Source of the DNA: Deinococcota bacterium
Lineage (GTDB): Bacteria > Deinococcota > Deinococci > Deinococcales > Thermaceae
Assembly: GCA_041695225.1 (NCBI GenBank)
Contig: JBGFRI010000049.1
Coordinates: forward strand, 1-23,060
DNA: 23,060 nt
Direction: 5' to 3'
The notes beneath the pieces are model-generated. The model did not search any database. It worked only from the letters and a program-made list of their open reading frames with translations, and had not been told where the DNA came from. Below, piece after piece: positions 9,459 to 18,231 of the stretch. Position 1 is the stretch's first letter; every line of letters begins with the position of its first letter. Made by a program: the position numbers and the translations under genes.

Positions 9459-9693
9459 ACCATTCTCCCCGCCCTGGCCCCACTCTCTGGCTTTGTACAC
9501 CAATTGTGGCTTCGGCAAGCTTCGGGCTTCATCTGGGCAGCCTCCTGGTCTGCTTTGAAACTAGCTAAAGTATAGAGTTTTGTCAATAAATGAAACTATT
9601 TTTCGCGCAATAAAAAAGTCCAAAGCTTCAGATGCTCGAAACCAGATCGTCAGCCAGGGGAGCCGACGGCTGTGACGCCTGTACCTGGGCGTG

Positions 9694-10311
9694 CTAGTTT
9701 CGCAACAGCCAGCGTACGTCTGCGACAACCCGGTCGGTCTGGGCCACCCTGCCGCTTCCGTATACCAGCCGCAACTGGCCCTGGGGGTCAACGGCAAAAA
9801 CGGTAGTGGTGTGATCCACAAAGTAGTCGGTTGGCGATTTAATGGCAGACTTTTGGAAGAAAACCCCAAATTGTCTGGCTACGTCGGCAATTTGCTGGGG
9901 CGTACCCGTCAGGCCTAGAAAAGTGCTGCCAAAGAAGGTGGTGTACTTTCCCAGCACTTCCTTGCTATCCCGCTCGGGGTCTACGGTAATAAGCAGAACC
10001 TGCACCCGTTCTTGCTCGCTTGGGGTAAGGGCGCGGTAGACCTTGCCCAGCTCGAGCATAGTGGTGGGGCAGATATCGGGACAATTGACGAAGCCAAAGA
10101 ATATCAGGACTACCTGGCCCCGAAAGTCGGACAGGCTTCTGGTGGAGCCATCGTGCGCAGTAAGGGTGAACTGGTTGGCCTCGGCCGGGCGAACATTCAG
10201 AATGCGCGTTCCGTAGGGCTGGTAGGTGTCGCGCATCAGGGCAAAGGTGGCTAAGGCCAGCAGCACTGGCAGGCCGGCCAGCAGGGTAATCCACATCACT
10301 CGAGGTCGCAT
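9694..10311 (-). CDS. SCO1/SenC family copper chaperone
   Basis: N-terminal anchor, FFGFVNCPDICP (CxxxC), ITVDPERD, VDH. Confidence 0.93.
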   Translation of the reverse strand: MRPRVMWITLLAGLPVLLALATFALMRDTYQPYGTRILNVRPAEANQFTLTAHDGSTRSLSDFRGQVVLIFFGFVNCPDICPTTMLELGKVYRALTPSEQERVQVLLITVDPERDSKEVLGKYTTFFGSTFLGLTGTPQQIADVARQFGVFFQKSAIKSPTDYFVDHTTTVFAVDPQGQLRLVYGSGRVAQTDRVVADVRWLLRN

Positions 10312-10382
10312 GGGTTACTCTCCAGATACACCATAAGATAGGCCAGCCCTTGCGGTCAAATGTCCTCGCCACAATGCTCAAG

Positions 10383-10562
10383 GCCAAAAGCCGATAGCTG
10401 ATAGCTTATAGCCAATAGCCAAAAGACAAAGGTCGGAGGTCGAAAGACGAAGGTCGAAGGCCAAGAAGCCTAACGCGCTTAGTCGAGGGTCTGAAGACAA
10501 GAGTCGAAGGCCAAAAGGCGAGGCCGTCCCAGACCCTAGACCATAGACTCTAGGCCTTAGAC
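10383..10562. repeat. Degenerate heptamer tandem-repeat array
   Basis: GCCAAAA GCCGATA GCTGATA GCTTATA GCCAATA GCCAAAA GACAAAG GTCGGAG GTCGAAA GACGAAG GTCGAAG..., then complementary-type CTAGACC ATAGACT CTAGGCC units. Confidence 0.85.
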
Positions 10563-10635
10563 GTGCGACGAAAGGAGCACTGCATAATGTACCTTACACA
10601 TTACCCTCACGGCTTTAGGGCATCATAAGGGCGGC

Positions 10636-11112
10636 ATGAATCTTGTCTCATCGGCTTTTTCAAGCCCAAAGGTGCGCTGGGCGGCCGCACTGCTGATGGC
10701 CCCTTTTTTTCTGCAGCTGCTCGGCATGGGTGACACCTTTTTGGGCGGTGGGCTGTGCGGTGAGTTGTTTGGCAACGAGATACCTTTTGGGCTTCAGGGC
10801 GCGGGGTTCTGGTACGCGGTAATGTTTATGATGTTGCTGGCGTTCCAGCTGATGTATGGGGCATTCTTGCTGCTGACCCGTCTGCTCGAGATGCCCGACA
10901 GCATGGAGCGGGGAACCTACCTGAGCGGCATCTGGCTGGTGGGGATAATTACGCTATTGTTCATCCTGACCCGTACTACTGGACTCCCGACCCCCAGCCC
11001 CCAGGGCCTTGCTTTAGGCGAGACTGCGCCGGTCGATCCGCTAAGTCTGATTTTGATTGGATGCTCGTGGGCGGGTGCTCTTTTGCTGTGGCGCCTACTG
11101 GGCAAGTCATAA
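10636..11112 (+). CDS. Hypothetical integral membrane protein (about 4 TM)
   Basis: Four hydrophobic segments; fills the gap upstream of mazG; family not recognised. Confidence 0.75.
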   Translation: MNLVSSAFSSPKVRWAAALLMAPFFLQLLGMGDTFLGGGLCGELFGNEIPFGLQGAGFWYAVMFMMLLAFQLMYGAFLLLTRLLEMPDSMERGTYLSGIWLVGIITLLFILTRTTGLPTPSPQGLALGETAPVDPLSLILIGCSWAGALLLWRLLGKS

Positions 11113-11146
11113 TCGGGCCTACCAAGACCCAGGTAGGCTATATGGT

Positions 11147-11770
11147 ATGGAACGTCTACTAGAGGTCATGCGCCGCCTGCGTGCGCCAGATGGCTGCCCC
11201 TGGGACCAGCAGCAGACCCACCAGAGCTTGCGGCCCTACCTGCTGGAAGAGGCCGCCGAGGCGGTGGATGCCATCGGCAGGGGCAGCCCGGGCGAGCTGG
11301 CCGAAGAACTGGGAGATGTCTTGCTGCAAGTGGCTTTCCACTCGGTAATTGCCGAGCAAGAAGGTACTTTTACCTATTCCCAGGTCGAGCAACACATTGT
11401 GGGCAAGCTAATCCGACGCCACCCACATGTATTTGGAGATGGGATGCATGGAGTGCATACACCCTATGCCGCTAACCTAGCCGACACCCCCGAGGCCGTA
11501 AGCGCCAACTGGAAGGCCATCAAGGCCGCAGAAGGCAGGCCGGCCAGGTCGGTGTGCGACCAGGTACCGCGAAGCCTGGGGGCGCTGGCCAGGGCTGCCG
11601 AAATCCAGGACAGGCTAGGAACGCCTTTTGCCAGCAGGTCCGACCTGATTGAAGCCGTACAACAGGGTAACCTGGGCCAGGCCCTGTGGCTGATGGTCTC
11701 GCTGTGTCGCCAGGAAAAGGTTAACGCCGAGCTATTGCTGCGAGAACGTTGCGAGCAAAATTGTTTGTAA
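11147..11770 (+). CDS. mazG: MazG family nucleoside triphosphate pyrophosphohydrolase (short form)
   Basis: LRAPDGCPWDQQQTHQSLRPYLLEEAAEAVDAI, EELGDVLLQVAFH, KLIRRHPHVF; ATG 11147 preceded by TAGGCT at 7 nt. Confidence 0.9.
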   Translation: MERLLEVMRRLRAPDGCPWDQQQTHQSLRPYLLEEAAEAVDAIGRGSPGELAEELGDVLLQVAFHSVIAEQEGTFTYSQVEQHIVGKLIRRHPHVFGDGMHGVHTPYAANLADTPEAVSANWKAIKAAEGRPARSVCDQVPRSLGALARAAEIQDRLGTPFASRSDLIEAVQQGNLGQALWLMVSLCRQEKVNAELLLRERCEQNCL

Positions 11771-11786
11771 AGATTAGCGGCAAGTT

Positions 11787-12362
11787 ATGAAATCCGAGGT
11801 TCTCAAAGCCGCCGTTGCCCGCCCGCCCCAGGGGCTTTTGCTGCCCCAGGGGTTTGTGGATGCAGCCGTTCTACTAGCGGTGTGGGAAGGGAAGCTTTTG
11901 TTTACAGTGCGCAGCGCCCATCTACCTCATCACGCCGCGCAGATCAGCTTTCCAGGCGGGCGCTTTGACGATGCCGAAAGCGCCGGAGAAGCCGCCCTGC
12001 GGGAGGCCTGGGAGGAGGTAGGTCTGCACCCCGGCCAGGTGGAAATTCTGGGGCACCTCGATCCCACCCTTTCCCCCTTGGGCTACCGGGTCTTTCCCCT
12101 GCTGGGCCGGGTTACCCAAGAACCCCACCTGACCCCCAACCCCCAGGAAGTAGACGAACTACTCTGGGTGCCTGTTGCCGAGCTGATGAGTGCTCCGGCC
12201 TATGCCGAAGAGCGCACCCCACCCCCCAGCAGCCACTTCCCGGCCGGCCTGGGCGGCAAGCGCACCGTCTGGCATTATCCCTGGCGCAACTACGACATCT
12301 GGGGCGTAACTGGCAATATCGTGCACGACTTTTTGGAGCGTATTCGAGAAGTGCGGCTTTGA
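11787..12362 (+). CDS. Nudix hydrolase, CoA pyrophosphatase (NudL/Pcd1) subfamily
   Basis: LLFTVRSAHLPHHAAQISFPGG (NuCoA motif), Nudix box AALREAWEEVGL, NPQEV, IWGVT. Confidence 0.9.
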   Translation: MKSEVLKAAVARPPQGLLLPQGFVDAAVLLAVWEGKLLFTVRSAHLPHHAAQISFPGGRFDDAESAGEAALREAWEEVGLHPGQVEILGHLDPTLSPLGYRVFPLLGRVTQEPHLTPNPQEVDELLWVPVAELMSAPAYAEERTPPPSSHFPAGLGGKRTVWHYPWRNYDIWGVTGNIVHDFLERIREVRL

Positions 12363-12411
12363 AACTGCCAGCGGTCTAATCTGACAACACCGCGCGGGTG
12401 CATCTGACATG

Positions 12412-12571
12412 AAGGTCTTTTGACTTTGGACTTTCGACCTTTTTAGCCGCAGGTCGCAGGTCTAAGGTCGAAGGTGGAAGGTCTTTTGACTGTCGAGGGT
12501 CGAAGGTCTCAGGTCGAGGGTCAAAAGTCAGTCTCAGGTCGAATGTCTTTTGACTTTGGACTTTCGACCTT
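12412..12571. repeat. Heptamer tandem-repeat array bounded by a 27-bp direct repeat
   Basis: GGTCGAA/GGTCTAA/GGTCAAA and TTCGACC/TTTGACT units; GTCTTTTGACTTTGGACTTTCGACCTT at 12415-12441 and 12545-12571. Confidence 0.9.
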
Positions 12572-12609
12572 AGTTTGTAGCCAGGTCACATCAGGCCAGG
12601 CTTGACCGG

Positions 12610-13389
12610 CTAATCGGCAGCAGCGGACTCGCTTTGAAACACTGGTCTGGCTTGTTTGGTTAGCTGATCGTACCAATGCAAAAACTGCTCCTTGGCCCGC
12701 TGCCCCAAAAAGCCAGCGGGGGTCAGGTCGGGCGGCAGGCCGGGGTCGAGGAAGAGGTTCTTGCGGGCCTGGTGGATCATATGGGTAAGCCGCACAAAGG
12801 CTTCCGCGGCGTTTTTGGGGCGGTGTAGTTTTTGCGCCAGAAATGCACGGTAGCGAGCCTGGGCGGCTTTGAGATTAAAGGCTTTTTCGATTAGCTCGAG
12901 GGGTGGGGTGCTGGAAAAGCGCTCGGCCTGAAAAAGCTCCACATAATTGTGCAGGCCGTAAAAGCCCACCAGGTCGCGGGCGGCCTCGAGCTTGGCGTTG
13001 GGACTGACCCAGACCCCCGGCGCGGGCGTCCCGAAGCCCAGCAGTATCAACTCGTTGCGGAAGCGGTCGCGCACCGTGCGTTTGGCTTCCGGCACGGCAT
13101 GGACCAGAATGCGCCATTTGCCGTCCCAGGGAGCGCCGTAGGTATAGAGCCGTTCGCGAACGTTTTCGACCTGCCAGGCCACCCTGGGCGAAAGCCGGTA
13201 ATAGGCCCGTCGCCCGGCTTTCTCCGGAATAATCCAGCCGCGTTTGACGCTGCGCGAAACAGCCGCCCGCACAGCTGGCTCGCTGAATTTCAGCAGTTCC
13301 ATCCAGCCGATCAGGTCTCCCACCCAGGCCCGGTTTTCTGGGTACAGATATTCCATATACAGCGTAAACAGATAAGACCGCGCCCGCAT
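12610..13389 (-). CDS. paaX: PaaX family transcriptional regulator
   Basis: RSYLFTLY, EPAVRAAVSR, YYRLS, WDGKW, LGFG..APGVWVSP, DPGLPPDL; TATACT 8 nt upstream of ATG. Confidence 0.88.
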   Translation of the reverse strand: MRARSYLFTLYMEYLYPENRAWVGDLIGWMELLKFSEPAVRAAVSRSVKRGWIIPEKAGRRAYYRLSPRVAWQVENVRERLYTYGAPWDGKWRILVHAVPEAKRTVRDRFRNELILLGFGTPAPGVWVSPNAKLEAARDLVGFYGLHNYVELFQAERFSSTPPLELIEKAFNLKAAQARYRAFLAQKLHRPKNAAEAFVRLTHMIHQARKNLFLDPGLPPDLTPAGFLGQRAKEQFLHWYDQLTKQARPVFQSESAAAD

Positions 13390-13453
13390 TGAGGCTCAGT
13401 ATAATACGATTTGTGACGTTCCTGACAAAAAAGAGTGTTTGGTTTGTTGCCGC

Positions 13454-13885
13454 CTAGCCACCGTAGGAATCGAGCCGGAACCACCGCCCAGTCCGGTAAC
13501 GCTACCAGAACAATAGCTAGGCGGAGGGTCTACTCATCCACAGCCGCCCAAGGAAATCCCCCACAACCCCCAACCCAGGGGTAGCGCCAGGGCGAGTGCC
13601 TGGACCAGTGAGAACCCCACGAAGAAGCTCACCATGCGTTGCACGACGGCTTCGCCCCCTTGCCCCCGGACCCGGCTAGCCAGAATGGTTCAGCCTGCAC
13701 CAACGGTGCTCAGTCACAGAATGCCGTAAATAGCAGGTTGTTGGCGAGCCCTACCGCTGCAACGGTGGGGGTGCGCAGGGTTCCCACAATCACATGGTTG
13801 GAAAAGCCAGGGCCAACTGAACGGTGAACTAAAGGCTCACCGGCAGCGCAATCTTGAGTATCTAATGCCTGGCATCGGCAGCCAC
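13454..13885 (-). pseudogene. Degraded MATE family efflux transporter with stops, frameshifts and a large internal deletion
   Basis: Manual minus-strand translation across frames: *ILKIALPVSL*FTVQLAL / GFSNHVIVGTLRTPTVAAVGLANNLLF / GIL*LSTVGAG*TILASRVRGQGGEAVVQRMVSFFVGFSLVQALALALPLGWGLWGI / DE*TLRLAI / LFW*RYRTGRWFRLDSYGG*. Confidence 0.75.
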
Positions 13886-14043
13886 AAAGGCCAGCATACT
13901 GGGCGCCGACCAGGTACTCACAGACACCTCCCACCCGTCGAAATATCTACTTGCGAAGCCCACCGCCTGGCGAACCAGACCGAAACCTTGCCGGGCGCTG
14001 CTCCGAGTCCGGCAAAAAACCTGGGGGTAGAATCAGAGGCATC

Positions 14044-15399
14044 ATGAAGACCCTGAACCCGAACACCGAGCTTCTGGTCGAACAGGATCTTGCCCACCAC
14101 CTTCACCCGGTTACCAACCTGCACCGCCACCAGCAGAGCGGGCCGCTGGTGCTGGTCGAGGGCAAAGGCTCTAAGGTACGTGATAGCGAGGGGAACTGGT
14201 ATATTGACGGGTTTGCCGGGCTGTGGAACGTGAATGTGGGCCACGGACGTAGCGAACTGGCCGAGGTAGCCCGCGACCAGATGGCGCGCCTGGCTTTCCA
14301 GCCCACTTTTTTTGGACTGGCTACCCCTCCGGCGATCGAGCTTGCAGCCAAGATGAGTCGCCTTTTGCCGCACCACTCCCACTTTCAGTTCACCTCTGGC
14401 GGGGCCGAGTCCAACGAAACCGCCCTCAAGATTGCCCGCTACTACTGGGCCCTGTCGGGTCAGCCCGGAAAAGTCAAGATCATCTCGCGCCATATGGCCT
14501 ATCACGGCATCGCCATGGGGGCGCTGGCTGCCACCGGCATCCCGGCCTATCATGCCGACTTTGGGCCCCTACCGCCGGGGTTTTTGTACCTGAGCGCGCC
14601 ACTGGCTTACCGCAACAACCCGGGCCTTTCCGAAGCCGGGTTTGTGGCCATGCTGGTCAAAGAACTCGAGGATCTGATCGCCAGAGAAGGGGCCGGGACC
14701 ATCGCGGCTTTTATTGGAGAGCCGGTGCAAGGGGCCGGGGGAGTGGTGCCGCCTCCTGAGGGCTACTGGCAGGCCATCGCGCCGATATTAAAAAAGCACG
14801 AAATCCTGCTCATTGCCGATGAGGTCATAACCGGCTTTGGCCGCACCGGCGAGATGTTTGCCCAGACCACCTACGGTTTCCAGGCCGACATCACCAGCTT
14901 TGCCAAAGGCATAACGTCGGGCTATGTGCCACTGGGTGGGGTGGGCATCAGCCCGCAAATTTTCCAGCGCATCTCGGCCCCTGACCGGATGTTCATGCAT
15001 GGCTTCACCTATTCGGGGCACCCGGTGGCCTGTGCGGTTGCACTGGCTAACATTGAGATTATCGAAAACGAGCAGCTCTGGCTAAAAGCTGCCGAGCGGG
15101 GCCAGCAACTTCTGCGCGGGCTAGCCGGGCTCGAGGCCCATCCCCATGTGGGCAACGTGCGCGGCAAAGGTCTGATGGCGCTGGTCGAAGTGGTAGAAGA
15201 CAAGGCCAGCAAAAAGACCTTTGATGCTTCGCGGGGCATTGGTGCTCAGCTGATGAAGGTAAGCCGGAAAAAAGGCGTGATCGTGCGCTGCAACGACACC
15301 GGCTTTGCCATGGCTCCCCCCCTGGTAATTAGCGAGGCCGAAGTGGACGAGCTGGTAAACGCGCTGGGCGAGACGCTGGAGACTGTGCTGGGCGCGTGA
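14044..15399 (+). CDS. Class III PLP aminotransferase (omega-amino acid/polyamine transaminase-like)
   Basis: YIDGFAGLWNVNVGHGR, SGGAESNETALK, AYHG, FIGEPVQGAGG, LIADEVITGFGRTG, FAKGITSGYVPLG (PLP Lys), HGFTYSGHP. Confidence 0.92.
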   Translation: MKTLNPNTELLVEQDLAHHLHPVTNLHRHQQSGPLVLVEGKGSKVRDSEGNWYIDGFAGLWNVNVGHGRSELAEVARDQMARLAFQPTFFGLATPPAIELAAKMSRLLPHHSHFQFTSGGAESNETALKIARYYWALSGQPGKVKIISRHMAYHGIAMGALAATGIPAYHADFGPLPPGFLYLSAPLAYRNNPGLSEAGFVAMLVKELEDLIAREGAGTIAAFIGEPVQGAGGVVPPPEGYWQAIAPILKKHEILLIADEVITGFGRTGEMFAQTTYGFQADITSFAKGITSGYVPLGGVGISPQIFQRISAPDRMFMHGFTYSGHPVACAVALANIEIIENEQLWLKAAERGQQLLRGLAGLEAHPHVGNVRGKGLMALVEVVEDKASKKTFDASRGIGAQLMKVSRKKGVIVRCNDTGFAMAPPLVISEAEVDELVNALGETLETVLGA

Positions 15400-15419
15400 A
15401 CTCTTGGGCGGCCTGTCCA

Positions 15420-16625
15420 TCAGACAGCTTTGCGCCAAAGAGCACTGGGTACAGGCGGCAACTCCAGCAGCTTTAGTATCTGCCCCACCAGGTACAAAGA
15501 ACCCGTCACCAGCACTGGCTTTGCCACCTCTCGGGCTGCCAGGACAGCGTCGTGCAGGGCTTCCAGCGGGTTTTCAAAGAAGGGCGCTGGGAACACTCGT
15601 AGTAATGAGTCTGCTCGCAGCGCACCCTGAGCCGCATAAGCATAGCGCACGCTCAGGGCCCTGGGTAACAGAGCCTGCAGCATGGCGGGGTAGTCCTTGC
15701 GGGGAAAGGCGCCAAACACCAGGTGAAAGCCCTCGAGCTCATCTACCAGGGCCCTGGCAGCAGGGGGATTGTGGGCGCCATCCAGCACTAGGGGGATGCC
15801 CTGGTAGGTCAGTTGCTGCATCCGGCCGGGATGCACCGCCGTGGTCAGACCGGTGGCTATCACGTCTTCGTTGTAGCCCAGCAGACGCAAAGCTGCCGCA
15901 GCCAGACGGGCGTTTTGCTGCTGGAACCGCCCCGGCAAAGAAGGTTGCGCCCTCAGGTCAAAAACCGGGTCGCCCTCCGAAAGCACGTACACTGGCGCGC
16001 CGCGCTGGGCTGCGGTAGTGCGGATTACCTCCAGCCCAAGGCCCTCGGCACCCGTGACTACCGGTACCCCGGGCCGAATGGCGCCGGCGTCTTCTCGGGC
16101 AACGTCTAAGAGCGTACCCCCCAGGGCTTCCAGATGATCCTCGGCAACATTGGTCAGCACAGAGACCCGCACCTCGGGTAACACATTGGTCGCATCCAGC
16201 GCCCCTCCCACCCCGACCTCGACCGCGGCAATGCGGACACCCACCCTGGTGAAATGCTGAAAAGCCAGCGCAGTGGTAAGGTCGAAGAAAGCCACGGGCT
16301 TTAGGAAATTCTGCCTCTGAGCCCACTCCACAAAACGTGCCACCTCGTCCTCGGAGATCAGGCCCAGGTGGGTGCGGATACGCTCGCGGAAGTCCACCAG
16401 ATGCGGGCTGGTAGTGGCGCCATAGCGCTCTCCAGCGGCTTTGAATGCTGCTTCCAGATAAGCCACCACGCTACCTTTGCCGTTGGTTCCAAGCACATGA
16501 ACGGCCGGCAAGCAGGCTTGTGGGTGGCCCAAGAGTCGCATTAGCTCCTGCATCCGCGACAGGCCCCTGGGTGCTCCGGCTCGAGTCTGGGCAAACAGCC
16601 ACTGGGTGGCCTGGGTATAGGTCAC
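15420..16625 (-). CDS. folC: Folylpolyglutamate synthase/dihydrofolate synthase
   Basis: HVLGTNGKGS, TSPHLVDFRERI, EVGVGGALDATNV, HPGRMQ, LDGAHNP, VTGSLYLVG; GTG 16625 preceded by TAGACT at 7 nt. Confidence 0.93.
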   Translation of the reverse strand: MTYTQATQWLFAQTRAGAPRGLSRMQELMRLLGHPQACLPAVHVLGTNGKGSVVAYLEAAFKAAGERYGATTSPHLVDFRERIRTHLGLISEDEVARFVEWAQRQNFLKPVAFFDLTTALAFQHFTRVGVRIAAVEVGVGGALDATNVLPEVRVSVLTNVAEDHLEALGGTLLDVAREDAGAIRPGVPVVTGAEGLGLEVIRTTAAQRGAPVYVLSEGDPVFDLRAQPSLPGRFQQQNARLAAAALRLLGYNEDVIATGLTTAVHPGRMQQLTYQGIPLVLDGAHNPPAARALVDELEGFHLVFGAFPRKDYPAMLQALLPRALSVRYAYAAQGALRADSLLRVFPAPFFENPLEALHDAVLAAREVAKPVLVTGSLYLVGQILKLLELPPVPSALWRKAV

Positions 16626-16793
16626 AAGCCTCAGTCTAGCGCGGTCTGTGCCCTTTGGCTGCCGGAGGCGGAGGATTTCATGGCCTGCGCCGGTGTGTTT
16701 TTGGGCGCAACCAGTCGCATTCTCCGACACAGCCGCTATTGTGCTGAGCGCTGCTGCATCACGCTTCTTTAGGGTGTGCTGGATAATGGGGGT

Positions 16794-17438
16794 ATGGGTT
16801 TGCTAAAGGTCCGGATTGAACTCGAGCTCAGCCAGGCCCTCTTGCACGGCTTGATTAGCAGCCAGCTTGGCCGGGTAGACCTGCCGGTCAGGCTGCTGCG
16901 CTTTTCTCTGGGCCGTCTACAACACGGGGAGCTACGGCAGTTTGAACTTAGCCAGAATCGGTGCACCGCAGAGGTCCGGTTTGCCAGTGGTCCGGCCCTG
17001 AGAGTCCAGGTACAAACCATGGGCTACTCGCGTGACAACCATGCGGACGATCCCCTCTCGGGACAGGCAAAGCCTGTACACCAGGCGGTCGATCCCCTAT
17101 CGGGACAGGCAAAGCCTGTACACCGGGCTCTGCGACTCCGGGTGGAACACCTGCACTTTTCGGGGTTTCGCGGGGGGCCCCTGCTCAACCTGATGCCGGG
17201 TAAAGTGTTGGAAATACTGGCCGCCCAGGCCAACCGGCAGCTGCCAGGGCTGGTGCGAGTACGCAGGGGGATGGAACTCGAGCTTCACCCGCAACCACTC
17301 TTGCAAAGAGCGCTGCAAGAAGCGCCTTTTCGCCAAACTATGCAGGCCATGGGGCTAGAAATCAGCCCCCAGGTCCAGCTTGAACACCTGGAGTTGCGCG
17401 AGCACCTCTTGCGGCTAACCCTGAGCGCAGCGGGCTAG
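16794..17438 (+). CDS. Hypothetical protein carrying two in-frame copies of a 42-bp repeat
   Basis: Long ORF divergent from folC; ATG 16794 preceded by GATAAT at 6 nt; family not recognised. Confidence 0.7.
   Translation: MGLLKVRIELELSQALLHGLISSQLGRVDLPVRLLRFSLGRLQHGELRQFELSQNRCTAEVRFASGPALRVQVQTMGYSRDNHADDPLSGQAKPVHQAVDPLSGQAKPVHRALRLRVEHLHFSGFRGGPLLNLMPGKVLEILAAQANRQLPGLVRVRRGMELELHPQPLLQRALQEAPFRQTMQAMGLEISPQVQLEHLELREHLLRLTLSAAG
17043..17126 (+). repeat. Two tandem 42-bp copies of a double-hairpin intragenic element
   Basis: GCGGACGATCCCCTCTCGGGACAGGCAAAGCCTGTACACCAG (17043-17084) and GCGGTCGATCCCCTATCGGGACAGGCAAAGCCTGTACACCGG (17085-17126). Confidence 0.95.
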
Positions 17439-17538
17439 TCACCAGAGTGGTCAGTGCGCGGCAGATCACCTGAAACACCAACTGGATTCACACTGCTGGG
17501 CCGTGCAAGGGAACCAGTGGTATGTTGTAAAAGAAGTC

Positions 17539-18231
17539 ATGACTATCATTGCAGCTGACCTCGAGGGTACCCTTACCACTGGCGAAACCTGGAAGGGCAT
17601 GGCAGCCTGGATGCAGGCCCATGGGCGGGCTGGGCAGTACCAGGCTTTTTTCTACCGGAACCTGCCAGGGGCTATTCTGACCCAGCTGGGCCTGGGCGAC
17701 AAACGGGCTTTTCAGGACCGCTTTATGGCGGGGGCAGCAGGTCTACTAGCGGGGCTGGGACAGGCCGAGCTCGAGGCGGTAGGAGTCTGGGTGGTCACCA
17801 ACGAGCTCTGGCCCAAACGCCGCCCAGAGGTATTAAAAGAGATAGTATCGGCGCTGCGCCAGGGCCAGCGGGTGGTGCTGTGCTCGGCAACCTTCCAGCC
17901 CATTCTGGAGGCTTTCGCCAAACGGTTGGCAGCAGCAGACGATCCCTTATCGGGACAGCCTGGGCCCGCAAACCAGGTGGTCGCCCTGGGAACACCACTG
18001 GAGATGGCGAACGGTGTTTTTACCGGGCGCACTCTGGGGCCAATTCGCTCGGGCCAGTTCAAAGCCGATCAGCTCAAGCAGTTTTTAGGAGGAAACACGT
18101 TACACGCGGCCTATGGTGATACCCTGCCCGACCAGCCCATGCTCGAGTTGGCCCAGAGCCCGGTGGCGGTTTACCCTGAGGCCAGTCTGCGCCAGCTAGC
18201 TGTTGCTAGAAACTGGAGGGTTATTGGATGA
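17539..18231 (+). CDS. HAD superfamily subfamily IB hydrolase (SerB-like)
   Basis: Motif I ADLEGTLT, motif II CSAT, conserved Lys, motif IV AYGDTLPD..ML; overlaps purN start (ATGA). Confidence 0.85.
   Translation: MTIIAADLEGTLTTGETWKGMAAWMQAHGRAGQYQAFFYRNLPGAILTQLGLGDKRAFQDRFMAGAAGLLAGLGQAELEAVGVWVVTNELWPKRRPEVLKEIVSALRQGQRVVLCSATFQPILEAFAKRLAAADDPLSGQPGPANQVVALGTPLEMANGVFTGRTLGPIRSGQFKADQLKQFLGGNTLHAAYGDTLPDQPMLELAQSPVAVYPEASLRQLAVARNWRVIG
17935..17960 (+). repeat. Partial copy of the same element inside the HAD gene
   Basis: GCAGACGATCCCTTATCGGGACAGCC, encoding ADDPLSGQ. Confidence 0.8.

Noticed and set aside
12210..12260. Pro-rich segment in the Nudix protein as a repeat-derived insertion
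   Set aside because: No DNA similarity to any repeat in the window; needs an ortholog alignment.
13710..13934. 74-aa ORF as an independent gene
   Set aside because: Its C-terminal half is one frame of the MATE pseudogene.
17043..17126. Tandem 42-bp repeats as a mini CRISPR array
   Set aside because: No spacer between units, located in-frame within a CDS, and no cas genes nearby.
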